From Ophelia neglecta (taxonomy: Eukaryota), in assembly GCA_965285935.1 (NCBI GenBank), contig OZ260661.1, positions 60,636,001-60,700,000 on the forward strand: a stretch of DNA of 64,000 nucleotides, in the 5' to 3' direction. Below, one piece after another: positions 1-13,975 of this stretch. Made by a program: the position numbers and the translations under genes. The notes under the pieces were generated by a model. The model was not told the DNA's origin. It did no database searches and saw only the letters and a list, made by a program, of their open reading frames with translations. Numbering within the stretch: position 1 is the stretch's first letter; every line of letters starts with the position of its first letter.

Positions 1-3000
1 CCCCATAACATATATTGGTTTATTCCTTTATTCATAATACAATAGTACGTTTTATTAACACATTTTAAGAATTCAATTGCTAACGATTATAATAGAAGTA
101 GTCTGTGTCAACCTAAACTTTAAATGTTTAGTTCTCACTTTAAATAATAAACTATTGATTGCTCTGGTCGACACTGAACAAATTTCGCACTAGTTCTTGA
201 ATTTATTGGTCTTGTTAAAAACTATAATTAGAAATCTAAAACATTTACTGTAATAAAAAATATTCCAGACTTAAAGAGCATATCGGTGCTAGTCATCTTT
301 TGTTCCCCTGCTGTGCGGCTAGGGAGCTGAGCATCATCTGAAAAGAAAGAGACCCTGATGAGATCCGTATTTTATACATGCCTACGTTTTATGACATTGT
401 TCACTAGCTGGATTAGAAAATAACAACCAGACCTGGCAATAATCATGATTAGAAAATGAAAAGCCTCGCGGCTGCTTCGCGTTTCTCTCGAGATCTAAAG
501 CCCACCCAACCTGGAGTGGCTAGCAGATGATAATTATAGGCGACCCTCTATATAAATGTAAATGACCCTATTTCTTTTTATATTCGGATGACCGCTCCCG
601 ACAGATTTCTTTTTATAAAATATGCGGGTACTCTGCCGCTGGTCATTTACCATGCATAATTATGGCTTGAAAAGTAATTTTGCGGAAAAACCAAGACTGG
701 AATCTGATAACCAATTCAGGAGAGAGTTGTTTACTGATTTTGGGGAGTTCCTTCTGAGTCATCTTTTTTTCTGGTGAAACTTCTCACTTGAAGTGTAAAA
801 TCGTGCGACAACTCGACAGATGCGTTTTGTTCGAATTCAATGTGTCATTTCAGATATTCCAAGTCTGTGGAAAGATAAGACGAGGCAAGCAAGGCATCTC
901 AAACACTTTTAATGGAAAGTCATCCTCTTTCTATTCAGCTGTTTGTTCAGATCGACAGCCATTCAAGTTTTGGCGGACTAAAATTTCATTAGATGGCCTT
1001 TCTTCTCTAAGTTCAAGGGGCTGCTCCCCCACTTGACTCGGAGAAGACAGCTAGTCCGCTGCAGAGGTAGGGTTTAGGCAGAAGAATAGATAGTGTCAAT
1101 CAATTCATAAAGCATGCCAAGACGATGTCGGCAAATAAAGGTGATATTGAGCCGACACATGTAGGCTGAGGTCGAATATTTGCACGGTGAATAGATGTAG
1201 AGCTCCGCATTCTTTCTCTTTAGCCCAAGGAGAAGCCACCAACATTGACAGCCGCATAATTTGTGCCCAACATAAATGAAGCTTGTCAAGCTCAACACTG
1301 CTGTCTTTGCGCAGCAACTGTGCTCTGATTGCTATGACCCAAACATAGTTTTACAAAGATGAAATTCATATTAGCCTTGCCCGTCAGTCAGGGAGGCAGA
1401 AAATCCTTCACTATATGTCTAAGAGGACTAACATCAATTCAGCGACATGGCTGTGGAACAATGGAGGCTCCAGCAGGTGTCTGGCATCTCATGATACCTC
1501 TGCCGTGTGTTAAGTCACAAACAAGACTGTATTCTTTTGAGAATAATTTATATTTATGGCGAGGCAATTGGGGGTCTCTGTGCCCCAATTAGACTGTATA
1601 CAGGGGGAGGCGATCTGCACAGAAAGGGGAGAAATACTCTGAGGGGACCACATAAAGATGTTTGAAGATAGTTGTGGGGTATTCTTATCACGTGTGTGTC
1701 TATCATACATGTCTCTTGTGGATTAGGGGTGGCCAGAATCCTTAGATTATCCTTCTGATTATCGATTTAAGGATAAATGTAGGCCATATTAATCTGGAGG
1801 TCGTTTTTCATCCGCCTGTCAAACCGAATTATCCCTGAACAAGTTCGCAGAAAGTTCAGTGCCATTTTCTGACAGAAATACAAACGCGAGTAGGTTGGGT
1901 ACTCATACCAAATTTAATAAAATATTCGTACCGGAGACTGACACAAGCAAGAGCAGAGCGGATGTTTTCCTCACGAATCTTAACGCTTACATTAGGGGGT
2001 ATACGTGCTTATCTAGGAGCTTTTAAAATCCTAATCACATATCGGCCTCTAAGGGTTACAATTTGTTTTAATATTGTCGCATCCAGCAGAGTTATAAATA
2101 TTTCACTTCAATTACTAAGTTATGAATACAAAAACTATGAAATTGGGTTAAGCAACCTACTTAATTTGAAAAATGTCAAAATTGAACAATGAATATAGTT
2201 TCGTAAATATCATGGGCAAGGCTAGCCTGCGCTTTTAAAATGTCTCAGCAAAATACATGTATTATTAGATTTTCATTATTGACTGAAAACATTGAAAATG
2301 AAGTTAATATGTTATGCTGAAAAATAAGTTTCTACTTAAAAAAATGCCTTCAAAGTTTCTATCCTTGGAAACTTACAGTCAGATAAATGTCCGACACATA
2401 TTTCTAAAGGCCTATAGCCATATAAGTAATGATATATATATAGAGAGAGAGATGCAGTTCAATTCTTGAGAGTGGCGAGTTTCAATATGATTAAATATTG
2501 ATATGGAATAAGATAATTTCATGAGGGATAAAAATGTGCCTGAAAACCGGCATTAGAATACAGAACAGACTATATGGCTATCAAAGCCTAAATGTCATAT
2601 CTGACGAGTTTCTACGTATCTACTTTCGATTTGTCCTAGGCTCTCATAATACCATAAATCATAATTTCCACGCAGGTCCCGAGAGTTTTCGTATCAGAGA
2701 AAGCCTAAATTGTGAATTTGCAGAACGAATCAGGAACCGATAGTAATTTGGAGGGGTCCCCCCTGTGGCTGTTCATTACTGCGCCAGCTCGGCCAGCCCT
2801 GAACTTGTACTCCAAAATCCTATTAAAACGCCACGCCTTTTTGAAGTTGTGAAAATGTTTGTCTTTGACTAATGAAATAAGGTAAAAACTGACGGTGCTG
2901 GCAGGAGGGAACATGCGGCCAATTGACAGCTTGAGACGACATTATGAACCATGCAGGAGTTCTTAATGAAAATTGGAGTTCATAGTTGAGCGGAAAGCCT

Positions 3001-6000
3001 ATTTGTCTCCTAAGCATGGCGTGAATTGCTGGTTGAGCATTTGGCAATTAATTGACTCAGTGTCAAGTCTGAGACTCTCGCGGGTACTTAGTAAATTACA
3101 CTGACTCGCTGCTTGTTTGTTCTACGAAGGTCTACGACACACCTTTGCTGGGTTTTAAGTAAGTTTCCGTCAAGCGCTTGGCAGGGAGGCAGGGCGGCCA
3201 CAAGGCACGAGATAATGAGGTTTGGCCGTCAGAGACGGGGGCAGTGAGCCGAGGGAAGCCCAGGACACACCAGAGCAAGCCGGTCAATTAAAATGAACAC
3301 CGGATCAGTGGAAGCACGACAGGCGAATGACGCACGGGCCAAACCAACCGATCGGGCTCCTTTTAATAAAGTTAACCGCGGTTCCGCGCCCGAAACTGAG
3401 CTGCATACCAACCAGCTGTGGGTAGGAGCCGGACTACTGCGAGGACCCGGATCGCCCCCGCCATCTGGGAGATGTGTGAGGGCTGGGCGCAGCCGGCCCC
3501 GGGCCCATCTCCCATCAGAGTCAGCAGGGGCCTGGTACAGCTTGCCTAGCAGAGGAAAAACCGACAGAGACTGCATAGCTGAATGTTTGAACATGTGGCC
3601 TCTTTCCTGATGGGGTCTGCCTCAGACCAAAAGGCCCCGTAGACTCATTGCGATTGTATTTCTACCAAGCTGTTTTTATGAGTTTGTTTCAGTAAAGTTT
3701 GAAAGACATACATCCAGAGAATTCACAAAGGTGTTGAGCTTAACGATGTACTTTGAGAGGATAGCGATAGATGCATTTTATAGCCCTATTATTTCATTTA
3801 TCAGATTCTGTAATAGGCTACTAGGCTTCTGTAGATTTTGAGTTATAGCCCGTTTCTTCTGTTTTTATCTGTTTCCACAATAGTAAATAAAAAATAAAGA
3901 AAACTTCCATAACTTAAATACAACTTTTCACCCAATGAAATACTTATACGTACCGCATCTTTGTATTTTATTCTGTTCGGTGATAAGATTGACAACACAG
4001 ATAGTTGAAATTGTAAGCAGGGCACCTCTCCTGTCATCCATGACAGCCATAGGGTGCCTCGTCATTGGCCTTTGCCAACCACGACTTGCAACTCATTTGC
4101 ATATCTATAGCTTCTAGGTCACGTGAGGCAAAACAAACGATAAATCACAGGACGTGATTGGCCATTTAAAACTTGACATTTGAGGCACTTTCGATGACCA
4201 GCTTTCCAAGGCTAAATCGAAAGGGGTTGTTGTTTTTTTCTCGTGCGGATGGAGTACGCATATTCTACAATATTAAGGATATAACCTATTCCATGGACAT
4301 TCAGCCTCTTTTCCCTGTTAAACTTTATTGCATACATGCTGATTTCATTAACAAAAAATCCTCCATAGATACAATTAAGGATGCATAGGTGTAAGTGATG
4401 TAAAAATTGTTTAGGAAATATTACTCTTAACTAGTGAAATAAAAGTTGGTATGATTGAAATTAAATTCATTTCGGCGTGATGATAAAAGCGCCAATTTAA
4501 TAGAATTTTGTAAAATGATACTAGTTAAATAATTATTTATGAGACAATATGATCCCAATTTAAATGGTGTAAACTTGTCAGTTCTGTTCTTTAAACTTTG
4601 AAGGGAAATTTATATTTGTATTGCCAAACTTTAGATATAATTATATACTTGCCCACTGAGGGCCTATATCCCGCCCAGAATATCCAAAATGATGTTTAGG
4701 CTTCAAGCATCTACCAAATTAACAAAAAATTAAGCCAGTTACAGCAACCCCAAAAGAGCCAAGCCAAATAATTAATTTTTCCCTATCAAATAGTAATTGA
4801 AAATTGGTACTTTTTATTTAATTTTCCCTACATTTTATGTGTGTTTCACAAGTTCAAACGCAACCGCGAGCCAAGAATTAAACTTTGAAAATACAACAAA
4901 TGACGATAGTCCTAGTCAGAAAACAACAGGGACCATGCCTACCCCAACACGAATATTGAACGGATTTTTCTAATATATTGACGCATGTTATGCATAGAAC
5001 TAGGGACTAATCTTTACCCGGATCTGCGGCCGCAATACTGTCGGGATTGGGTAAATTCGAGCAGGAAGATGTTCAACAGAGATAACAGGATCCTATTTTG
5101 TTTCATTCAAAGCTCGACCTGACTTTATCGAACAGGCTTGAGTCTGCCCCAATCCCGGGCTCGACCCGGTTTTGTTGGGATTCAGCCACCGATCGATGTC
5201 CTAGTCACATAATCAGACAAGATTTTCTTCCTTCATTCGGAAGTTTTTCAATATTCTACGGAGTGCTCTCTGGAATTGAGATTTTTTAAAGTGGCTCCCA
5301 GCGAAAGTTGTGGAGGAGACTTGAATTTCCATTATTTTCATTATATGAAGTATTTTTGTGCATCATGGAATGTCTGACAGCAAGGCCTTGGCCCCACTAA
5401 GCTCCACTAGATTTAATTTATTAACATTTGAAAGGGCAGTTTATGCGATTTCCTGTGAGTTTCAAATCGCAATGATTTGCGCAATATTCCATCACGAAAT
5501 TGCGCTTTTGATACGAGGCATATTAGCAAAAATCAAATATTGCCTGGCGAAAATGTGATCAGAAACCGAACAGAGTAACAGTGGGATTTTCGTAATGAAC
5601 TATTGATTACATGTCTTATTGGTCCACGTGTTCTGGATTTCTCAGCCACGACAATACACCATAATGGTCACCACGCCAAGAATAATAAAGGTAGCTGCTT
5701 TAATTCAAGGGAGACACTTTTCCGAGTATTTCAGATTCAATCCTTGTGACTTATTTATATTGAGGCAACGTATATTTCTGGCTTTTATCAGGCACAGGCT
5801 GGTGATATTAGTATCGGAGAACAAGATTATGTTTCTCTTTCGAATGTACAAAATAACGAGACAGATTTCAAAAGCAAATGTCAGATGTGACCATATAGAG
5901 CCACTGATGGCAGCTTTGTCAAAGTTGAAACTAAACAAGAAATACTTAGACAATTAATTATTGTGTTCCTACTTGAATTTCGAAAATATGTTTATATTTT

Positions 6001-9000
6001 TGCCTGATTCTGTGGGTATATTTTGATAATTCTCTGCGCCCCTTTTTCTGGGCTAGAAGAGGTAGACTCGTGATAAACGTCCCTACATACCACTGTAGAG
6101 CCAATCTATATGCCTAGGCCCCCTATCAGAATGAAAGTAAACACATGATTTCTTTCGAAAATAATTGGATAAGTCTATTTTTTAAAACCTCTTCCAGCTG
6201 TCAATTATTTTCAAAGAAACGCAATGAAAACGTAGCAATTATCGAACAGCACGAACAGTCAACAAAAATCAAGAAAATATAGAAATTGAGACTCTGTAAA
6301 AACCAGTTTAACTTCTATCCAATTCCCTAAATTTTAAATGAAGTAGACCAACAGAAAAGATATCGATTATGTTCTTAGAATGCCAGCAGTTTCGATCGAT
6401 ATAGACAATACAAAGTGTGTGGCATATATAGAACTATTTTATGTATCAAGCCCGTGGGTTTATATTTATATCCAAAATAATATATATAGACATTTAACTA
6501 CATAGGCCTCTATCGAATGGTGAAATTCTGGGGCTGTGTATATAACTTAATTCGATCATAAGCCTTGCTGTAATGTTGGATTTCGGGCGATATTAGGTTC
6601 TCTCACCAGTATAGAAAATTTCGACATAAATAGATAAATATTTTAAGACATACACCATGGAGTATTGCTTCCGTACAGTTTATAGACATAACTTTCCATC
6701 GTCTCTGAAATTTTTCTTCACATGCATCTATCATCCATGCCCGTGCTCTCTCAGACACAAATAATCAGGCTATTCGTTTCTACTTTCAATAGTAAAATAT
6801 CAGAACTTCGCCGTAAGTTTAAACAAATTGAACCAAGATTGAAGAATAGTTGTGTGAGTACTAGCATATTTTCATATACATAAACCACCAACCACAAAAT
6901 AGCAACCGTACTCATGTTTTCGACGGTTTCAAGCTAACACATAGCCGACTAAGCATAAAAAGAACACCATCTCCGGGACTTTGTTCAATAGGTGCAAAAA
7001 GTACCACTCAATGATCAACAAACTTGGTGATTTCTGTTCCACGAACAACGATGTTTTTTCTATCGTATCGACCGGAATTCTCTTAGCCGCCATTTTGAAT
7101 TGGCATACCAGCCCTAAGTCATAGACACAGTTTGTTTTTCGACAGATACCGTTGCCATATACCGTAAATCATACATTACATGCGTCTACTTGTATGTTTT
7201 AATTAGTTTTAGTTGTAGTTAATGAAAAGTAGCAACATTTCAATTTAGACTTTGAAGGGACACTTACTATAGGGCCAAATGTATGAGACAGTACGGATTC
7301 ATTTGACTGATCGAATAACTTCAGGATGACAAATGTTGTTCCCTTACAACTGTTCTCTGTATTCTATAAGATATTCTGAGTAAATAATTCGTTGTAGGAG
7401 AACTTCTTCTCGAATTATCAGGCCAAACCCCCTTAAAGTGGTCTCTAATTTTAACAAAATTAATAAAAATGACTAGAACTAGTTATACTATCCAAACAGA
7501 AAACCTAGACGGAATGTGATCGTACTTTTCACTGTGTAGGTTTTCTGTTATTTTTACATTTTCACATGTAAGTAACTTCTTAGATGTTTGTTGCCTGACG
7601 ATATTTGTTCTGACAAAAATGTGTTTATTTTTTGCCGTTACAAAGATAAATTTCACATAAACTGCAGCGATATAGCACTCTCTTTTACTAGTTTTAAACA
7701 TCAGAGAGTTCTCTCATCGTTTAAATAATGTTCTTTTAAGAATCAATGGAGAATTAACAAAAACCTTGATGCTAAGCTACGAATTTTGTACGAATGGACA
7801 GTTGGACAAGTTTAAAGAGTATATTTGTAGCATTATATTTTCATAACATTCCGGATATCTGCATTTCTAGCCTTGAAAAAAATTTGTTGATAATATATGT
7901 CATCACTCCCGTACAGTTCCAGATTGGAAAATAACATAATGAAAAACAAATATCGAATAACTATATAGTTTCCGTGAATTGAGAGACATCTGTGATTGAC
8001 ATGAATTACATTTTGTTGCTTGCTATAGATATAGGAGAACGGCATTGGTTTCCCCAAGATCATTGTTTTCGTTCTTATATTTGAGATTAAATAAAATTAT
8101 TAAAGTATAAACGAACGCTTGTTTTATATAGAATTTATTCGATAACTTTAATGAAATTTACCCAAAATTATCAGTCCATCCTCTGGTGAAATCCCCAATG
8201 CTTAAGTGACCCTGTATCATAAAAAAAACTGCATTTATCATCAAAGTTAACAGCGACCTAAAGAACTGCAAATTACTCCGTCCTAAAACTTTTTTATGAC
8301 CAAACAGCTGGTATCGCATTGAAGTCAAAGAGGGCACGTGATAGAGGGCTCAAGTGGTCATTTTGCCTTTTACCTCTTGGGTGTGGACGGTACTAAAAAT
8401 AGATTTATAATTAAATTTTATGACCTCCCGCCAAACAAGACAACCCAGGCGGACGACACGGAGACAACGTGCAGGTACGTCTTAGAATCCTTCTTTTTAA
8501 CACTTTTCTGGCAACACAATCCATCTAAAAAATACTGTAAAAAATAGCTTTCGATTGGTTGCTACGAAAAGTGAAACATTTGTTATGTTTTAGTACCGGA
8601 ATCTGACAATAATTCCCAAGGTCCTATCGCTGTCTCACATGGACTGCCTAAAATCAAGATGGCGGCATATGAGCGTGATGAAAATTAAGAAATCTGGTTA
8701 AATATTTATACTGTTTTCCTCTCCTCTGATGGAAGTCTTTCCAGTTCGACGAAGGAGAAACAGTTATTTGATCGGTTTAGGGCCAGATTGACGAAAATCC
8801 GATATTTTTGTTGACATTTCCATCTCCGCTATCTCGACAAACAAAGGAAATCGTGGCAAGAATTTGAAAGACGCATCCGTCGGAAAATGAGCAGATTTCA
8901 CCTTCGATTATGCCAAACCACGTCAAGTTTCGTTGCGATATGGCAGACAGGAAATATGAGTCTTGATATTTTTCTAATTATTTGATAAGGAAGGTGAAAC

Positions 9001-12000
9001 CGAATGACACTCGCAGCATCTTCGAGGTTGAACCCAGTAGAGACCTTTGATTCAAACTCCTGGTTAGAATGGCAGACAAGCAGCCTTCACATTCGACCTT
9101 TCTCTTCTAAAAAATATCACATAATTTAGAAATGGAATAGTTTGCGATTATGCGCCCCCATTTTGCCCCGAACACCAGACGTAGAAATCTAATGAAGCAA
9201 ATTGTGAAATTCAAGATGGCGGAAAGCTTGCTAATGTAAACTAGCCGATGCCTTGCCAAGCTATGTTTTGAGATTGGCGAGGAATCATTTGACTCGTTAG
9301 ACTAAAACAACTGGTGGAAACTTTCCATATATTTATGAAGTATTTCGTATTATTTTCGCCGCGGTGAGGGACATTTTCATTGCAATAATCTCAATTCGGA
9401 CGAGTTTATTTGGTGAGCTTGTATAGGGCCTATACTTGATTTGTAAACACTCCCTGTCTAAGGATGTCATCATAGATTTGGCTAAGCCACAATGGTCAGA
9501 GAAATGCCGTATTTAATCTCCATTTCTACTTGCATGAACTGGGGTGGGAATATTCGAAAGAGCTTACCCGTGTGGAATTCTCTGAGTGCTACCGAGGCTG
9601 CAAGGCTATCGGCTTAATTCTTATTCCTAGCTGTCACTCGTTCTGTTACCATGGTTTCAATGCTTTCCTAGCCCTAGAATAGCAACAAAATATCCACTTT
9701 TATCACTATATACTGGTATTTTTACACTTTAGATTCACAGTAAATACAGTGTATGTCCACATCCGCTGAGCTTTATCCACTAGTGAACAGAGAGACTACA
9801 CTGTATATTTGTTAAATTATCAGACCAATTGAGGAAAACATTTAAAAAGATTTATGAGTCACATGACCTAGCGGGCCAAATGGGCACCCAACACAAAGCT
9901 AGTCACCGGAGAGTAAATTAATCATCTGTTAGGACCAGAGTTATTTATATTTAGACAATAAAGTTGATTAATAGTTTATTTTTGCACTATATGTAACATG
10001 AAAGGGCTTGTATAGTTTCGTAGTACTACCATTTAACGAACGGCATTCGTAGTTTTATCTACAGAAAGTGCTAAGAAGCATGTTTAATTTATATTCACCA
10101 ATTCAATGTCCAGCAGAGAGAGAGATCGATTTTTGATCTCTCGTGAGGTTAAATCCAATTATAAGTGATATATTGAGGGCGAGGATTTGGCCGAAGGTTG
10201 CAACATTAGCCTTAGGACAATCCTATCCGTACAATGCAGATGGCTCCTTGGGAATTGCCAATAATCCCGTTTCTCCATACCCCGGGTCATCCCTTTTCTG
10301 ACCTTTTAGCCATACAACCCAGCTAAATTGTCAACAGTTAGAAGAGTAGATATGGGTGGTACACATTAAGGCTTTGTCAACCCGATAGCTCAACAGGAAT
10401 TTTCTTTAAAGCATATATTATCCGTGTCTCCATTCTGTAGAATAAACTATTACTTTATTTCAAACAAACTACCAGTCTTAATTTTCCAAATAATGTATGT
10501 GCAGTATTTAATTGAAAAGCAAACGATATTCGAAAATACTGTTAAATTCTGAAATAAATAAGATGAACTTATTAAACAATGGACGTAAATTGTTTGAAAT
10601 GGGTCCACATTTTGACGGGGTCCTTGGCTGACACATAAATAAATATTGACACAATCCAAATACATCTCCACCATCCATGCGGATTATATCGAAATAAAGT
10701 GCAGTTTTGTATTTACCTCAATAGTAGGTTTAATAAATAAAATATTTCGAATTGTGATCTTTATAATATACAATTGTACGTAAATAACAATTATGAATTC
10801 ACAGTGCAAAGCAGATTTTTAACTTAAAACGGTCGAAAAATGTGGTAAACGAAATACCTTACAATTTTCCCACAAATCGACATTGCCTAAACAAAATATA
10901 CATTCACTTTAGCTAAAGTCATAACACAATGTTTTGTAGTATAGTTTTAATTCTGACTCCTGGTTACATGTGATATTTTTAGCCAGCCTTAGGTGCAAAC
11001 GACCTGGGTAATCCATCAACCTTCACATGAGGAAAAAAATCAAAGCTTTACTCAGAAAGAGGAGAAACTGTTGACCACCCATATCAATATTTTTTTCTAT
11101 TTTGTTTTACCAGTTGATTAAATCCACAAAAGACGATGGATATCGATTTTCCATGTCTGTCAGTTTAAGTAAAACTGTCAGCTGTGACATATGGAAGCCA
11201 TCAGAAGATCAAGTACACGAAAAACATGAATCCAATACTTTTGTTTATACACAAGTGTTTTTGGTTTCTAAATCAACTTGAAGCTGTTGTGGTTACAATG
11301 GGTGTCGTTGTGTCTACATGGTATAATGTTACGACAACACTACCTATTTCTGGCATTTGCCGACATTGTTGTACGGTGCCAGTCGACCTGGACAATGGGT
11401 TGGGTCACCGACAGAGGTTAAAGGAGTGATGACAACTGGAATTTAGTTTTGTTTAAAAGAAATTGCCAGAGGCTACCTTATTTTTTTTCGATTTCTCAAC
11501 TTTGAATTATCCTGTGTGTTGTTGGTTATTGGTTAGTGTCACTGTAGCAGACAAGCCTTAGGCTATATAAACAATTCAAAATGGATTTCAGGCATGAAGC
11601 TGGATCATGTATCAAAAATAATATACTGTTTGTTTGTTTAAACGATTGAACTGAAAGCATATTCAAAAACTAATGCTCATGCTATAAATGATTAGGCTAT
11701 CTCTGCAGGGTTCTGAAAGATCGATAGAAAATTCTCAAGAATTCTTTCAAAGCAAAAATGAACAGATTTATGCTTAGACATATTCAGAGTCTGACGAATG
11801 AATTTCGAATTGTTAGATTGGCTTAACCCCGCGGGAGAATTTTAGATGGAAATCAACCAAAACTATGGAAATATCTTAGAACAACTCCCAAATTGTGACT
11901 GGGATGAGTTAGATTTTGCATATTCGAAGCGTTTTTTCTGTAAAGAAATCCCTCTGCACTGCTCTTGTCTTTCGGGTGCAATTTATCGGGCTGGTATTCA

Positions 12001-13027
12001 GCTGCAAAGAATGTTAAAATTAGCAAGCAGGGCCGGCCGAAAACTGACAGGTACACCAACTACGGATTGACAGTGATGAATGATCTGCAACCAGCACAAG
12101 GAATCTTGCACGTAATTTCTGTGCAGAACCATCATAAAAACCTGCATCCTCGTCTCGGGTAGTCAGCTTTGATTCGAGCACATCTCCTCTTTATTTAGAC
12201 ACGCACTGAGGGAAATAATTGAAATAATTTGACAAAAAATCACACCCCTTTATCATCTGAAATGGAAAACGTCCTAGAAATTGACAGAGTGAAGGCTGAC
12301 GAGAATTATACGTAATTTTCTAGAAAGCATCTCGCAAGATTACGAATAATAAGGTGTAATTTTGTAATTTGGAGCCAATATCAAAGGCTGAGTGGCGCTT
12401 AGTGCGCGCACAATTCTTTCGTTTTCAAACAGCAAGAGGGAGCCTGTTTCCAACGCCGAGTTTCGTAATGTAATGTAACGAATGATGCTAGCCTCCATTT
12501 ATTACTACAACAATCCATCTTCTCGAGTGAAGAGGACGAGTCTACTCTGCCGAGGGAGGACGGATTCCTTTAGAGCTTTTATGCGGTCGATTTATGGTCT
12601 ATATTCTTTTCCAAAGCGTGTGGTGCTTATCATAATAACCCAAAGATGATAAGCCGGTATATCACCGCCCTTTTTGTTTCACTGGGATCGCTCATTACTT
12701 CTTAGTTGAACATTTTACAGTCGGTTTACTAACAATTGCCAACCCTTCCACCCTCGCGATTCTCGAATGCCTGTTCCTGTCATTTTGTCAGCTTCATATA
12801 CAAATAATTGATAAATGATCATTTGGTTTGAATCCAGGGACCATTCTGAAGTTCATAACATAATAGGTAGAGCGTTATTTCCATGAAGGCTCCAGAGTTG
12901 AAATGTCAAAAGCAAAACTCAAACCGCAACGATGAAAAGCGTTTTTTTTAAAGGAAAAAAATACTTTAGGCAAACACCGTTTTGTTCATTCATCCATAAC
13001 ATCTGGTTTCAAGTTCTATTGATCGGC

Positions 13028-13330
13028 TGATTGATGGATTGATTGATTGATTTATTCACCGTAAATTAAAAGGACCTTTTAAGGTTGAATTCTATTAATT
13101 TTTTATACGAAACAACGCAGAATTAGAATATCATTTATAGTATACATTATACTTTATTATATAGATGTTTAAAGTCGGTAGCCACTCATACTCATAACAC
13201 AAGCCCGCCTTCTGGCCCATCTCAATACGATATAGTATATAATATAAAATTAATCACTAAAACTCTAATTTTTGTATTTTTAAATACTGAAGATGCTGAT
13301 TTGCGTATTGGGCAAGAATTCTCTAGGTTT
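13028..13330 (-). mobile_element. Decayed 3' end of a CR1/L2-like LINE with AATAAA + (TCAA)n tail
   Basis: The minus strand has GAATTCTTGCCC followed by codons IRKSASSVFKN (13308-13276), resembling the WNSLP..IR.S.S...FK ORF2 C-terminus. Then come an AT-rich UTR, AATAAA (13056-13051) and a (TCAA)n tail to 13028. Confidence 0.45.
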
Positions 13331-13759
13331 ATTGTTTACTTTGCGTAGAGTATACATTTAACTTCGGCCTTGACCAAAATGTATTTACATGTTAAAACAC
13401 CCTTTCTTGGTTTGCCTAAATGTGCTGAATTTTGGTCTGGTTTTTGAACTAATCTGCCGGTTGTCATTTAGTGTATAAAATCCCAAACAGCACTATCAGT
13501 TCTAAAGCCCCTAATTGACTTCAAAGTAAAGCGCTGACCAATACAATGTTTATGAGCCGTGCTTAACCTTTATGGTGATTTAAGCTGTGTGCCAATAACG
13601 TATACCGCGCATGAACGAGGGCGATACGATTGTTGGCGATGATAAAAACGACAACTCCCCTTCAGGGCAAATATGTTTGGCTTTGTGCCTTGCCTATAGA
13701 TAAACTTTTTCCTTGATGAGACCACAACAATCTTTTTTGCTGCAGAACCAGCAAGACGG

Positions 13760-13975
13760 TTTTATAGGTTAATTCTATCTAATTTTGCACCACCCCGTGG
13801 CCACTGCTAGATTGGCCGAGGATTGCTGGCCCTTAAGGTCCAGTTGAAAGTAATTCGATTGGTTGGACTTTTCAATTTCTCAGGTTCTGACATAATTGTC
13901 GTAATTGAAGTGGATGTAAGACGAGGCGGGCGCGGAGGCGGTCTGATCCCGACCCCTCGGGCGCTGGCGGGTTGG
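13760..13975 (-). promoter_or_regulatory. Candidate RNA polymerase II promoter (GC boxes, two CCAAT boxes, TATAAAA)
   Basis: In minus-strand order: a GC-rich block ~13975-13920, CCAAT at 13862-13858 and 13815-13811, and TATAAAA at 13766-13760. The spacing is canonical for a TSS near 13735. Confidence 0.45.

Noticed and set aside
3229-3610. Overlapping 121-aa and 105-aa ORFs on opposite strands
   Set aside because: These are by-products of a GC-rich island, with no Hox3 hexapeptide, homeodomain or other domain.
12825-12843. B-box-like GGTTTGAATCC followed by CCA, suggesting a tRNA or SINE
   Set aside because: There is no A-box or cloverleaf upstream.
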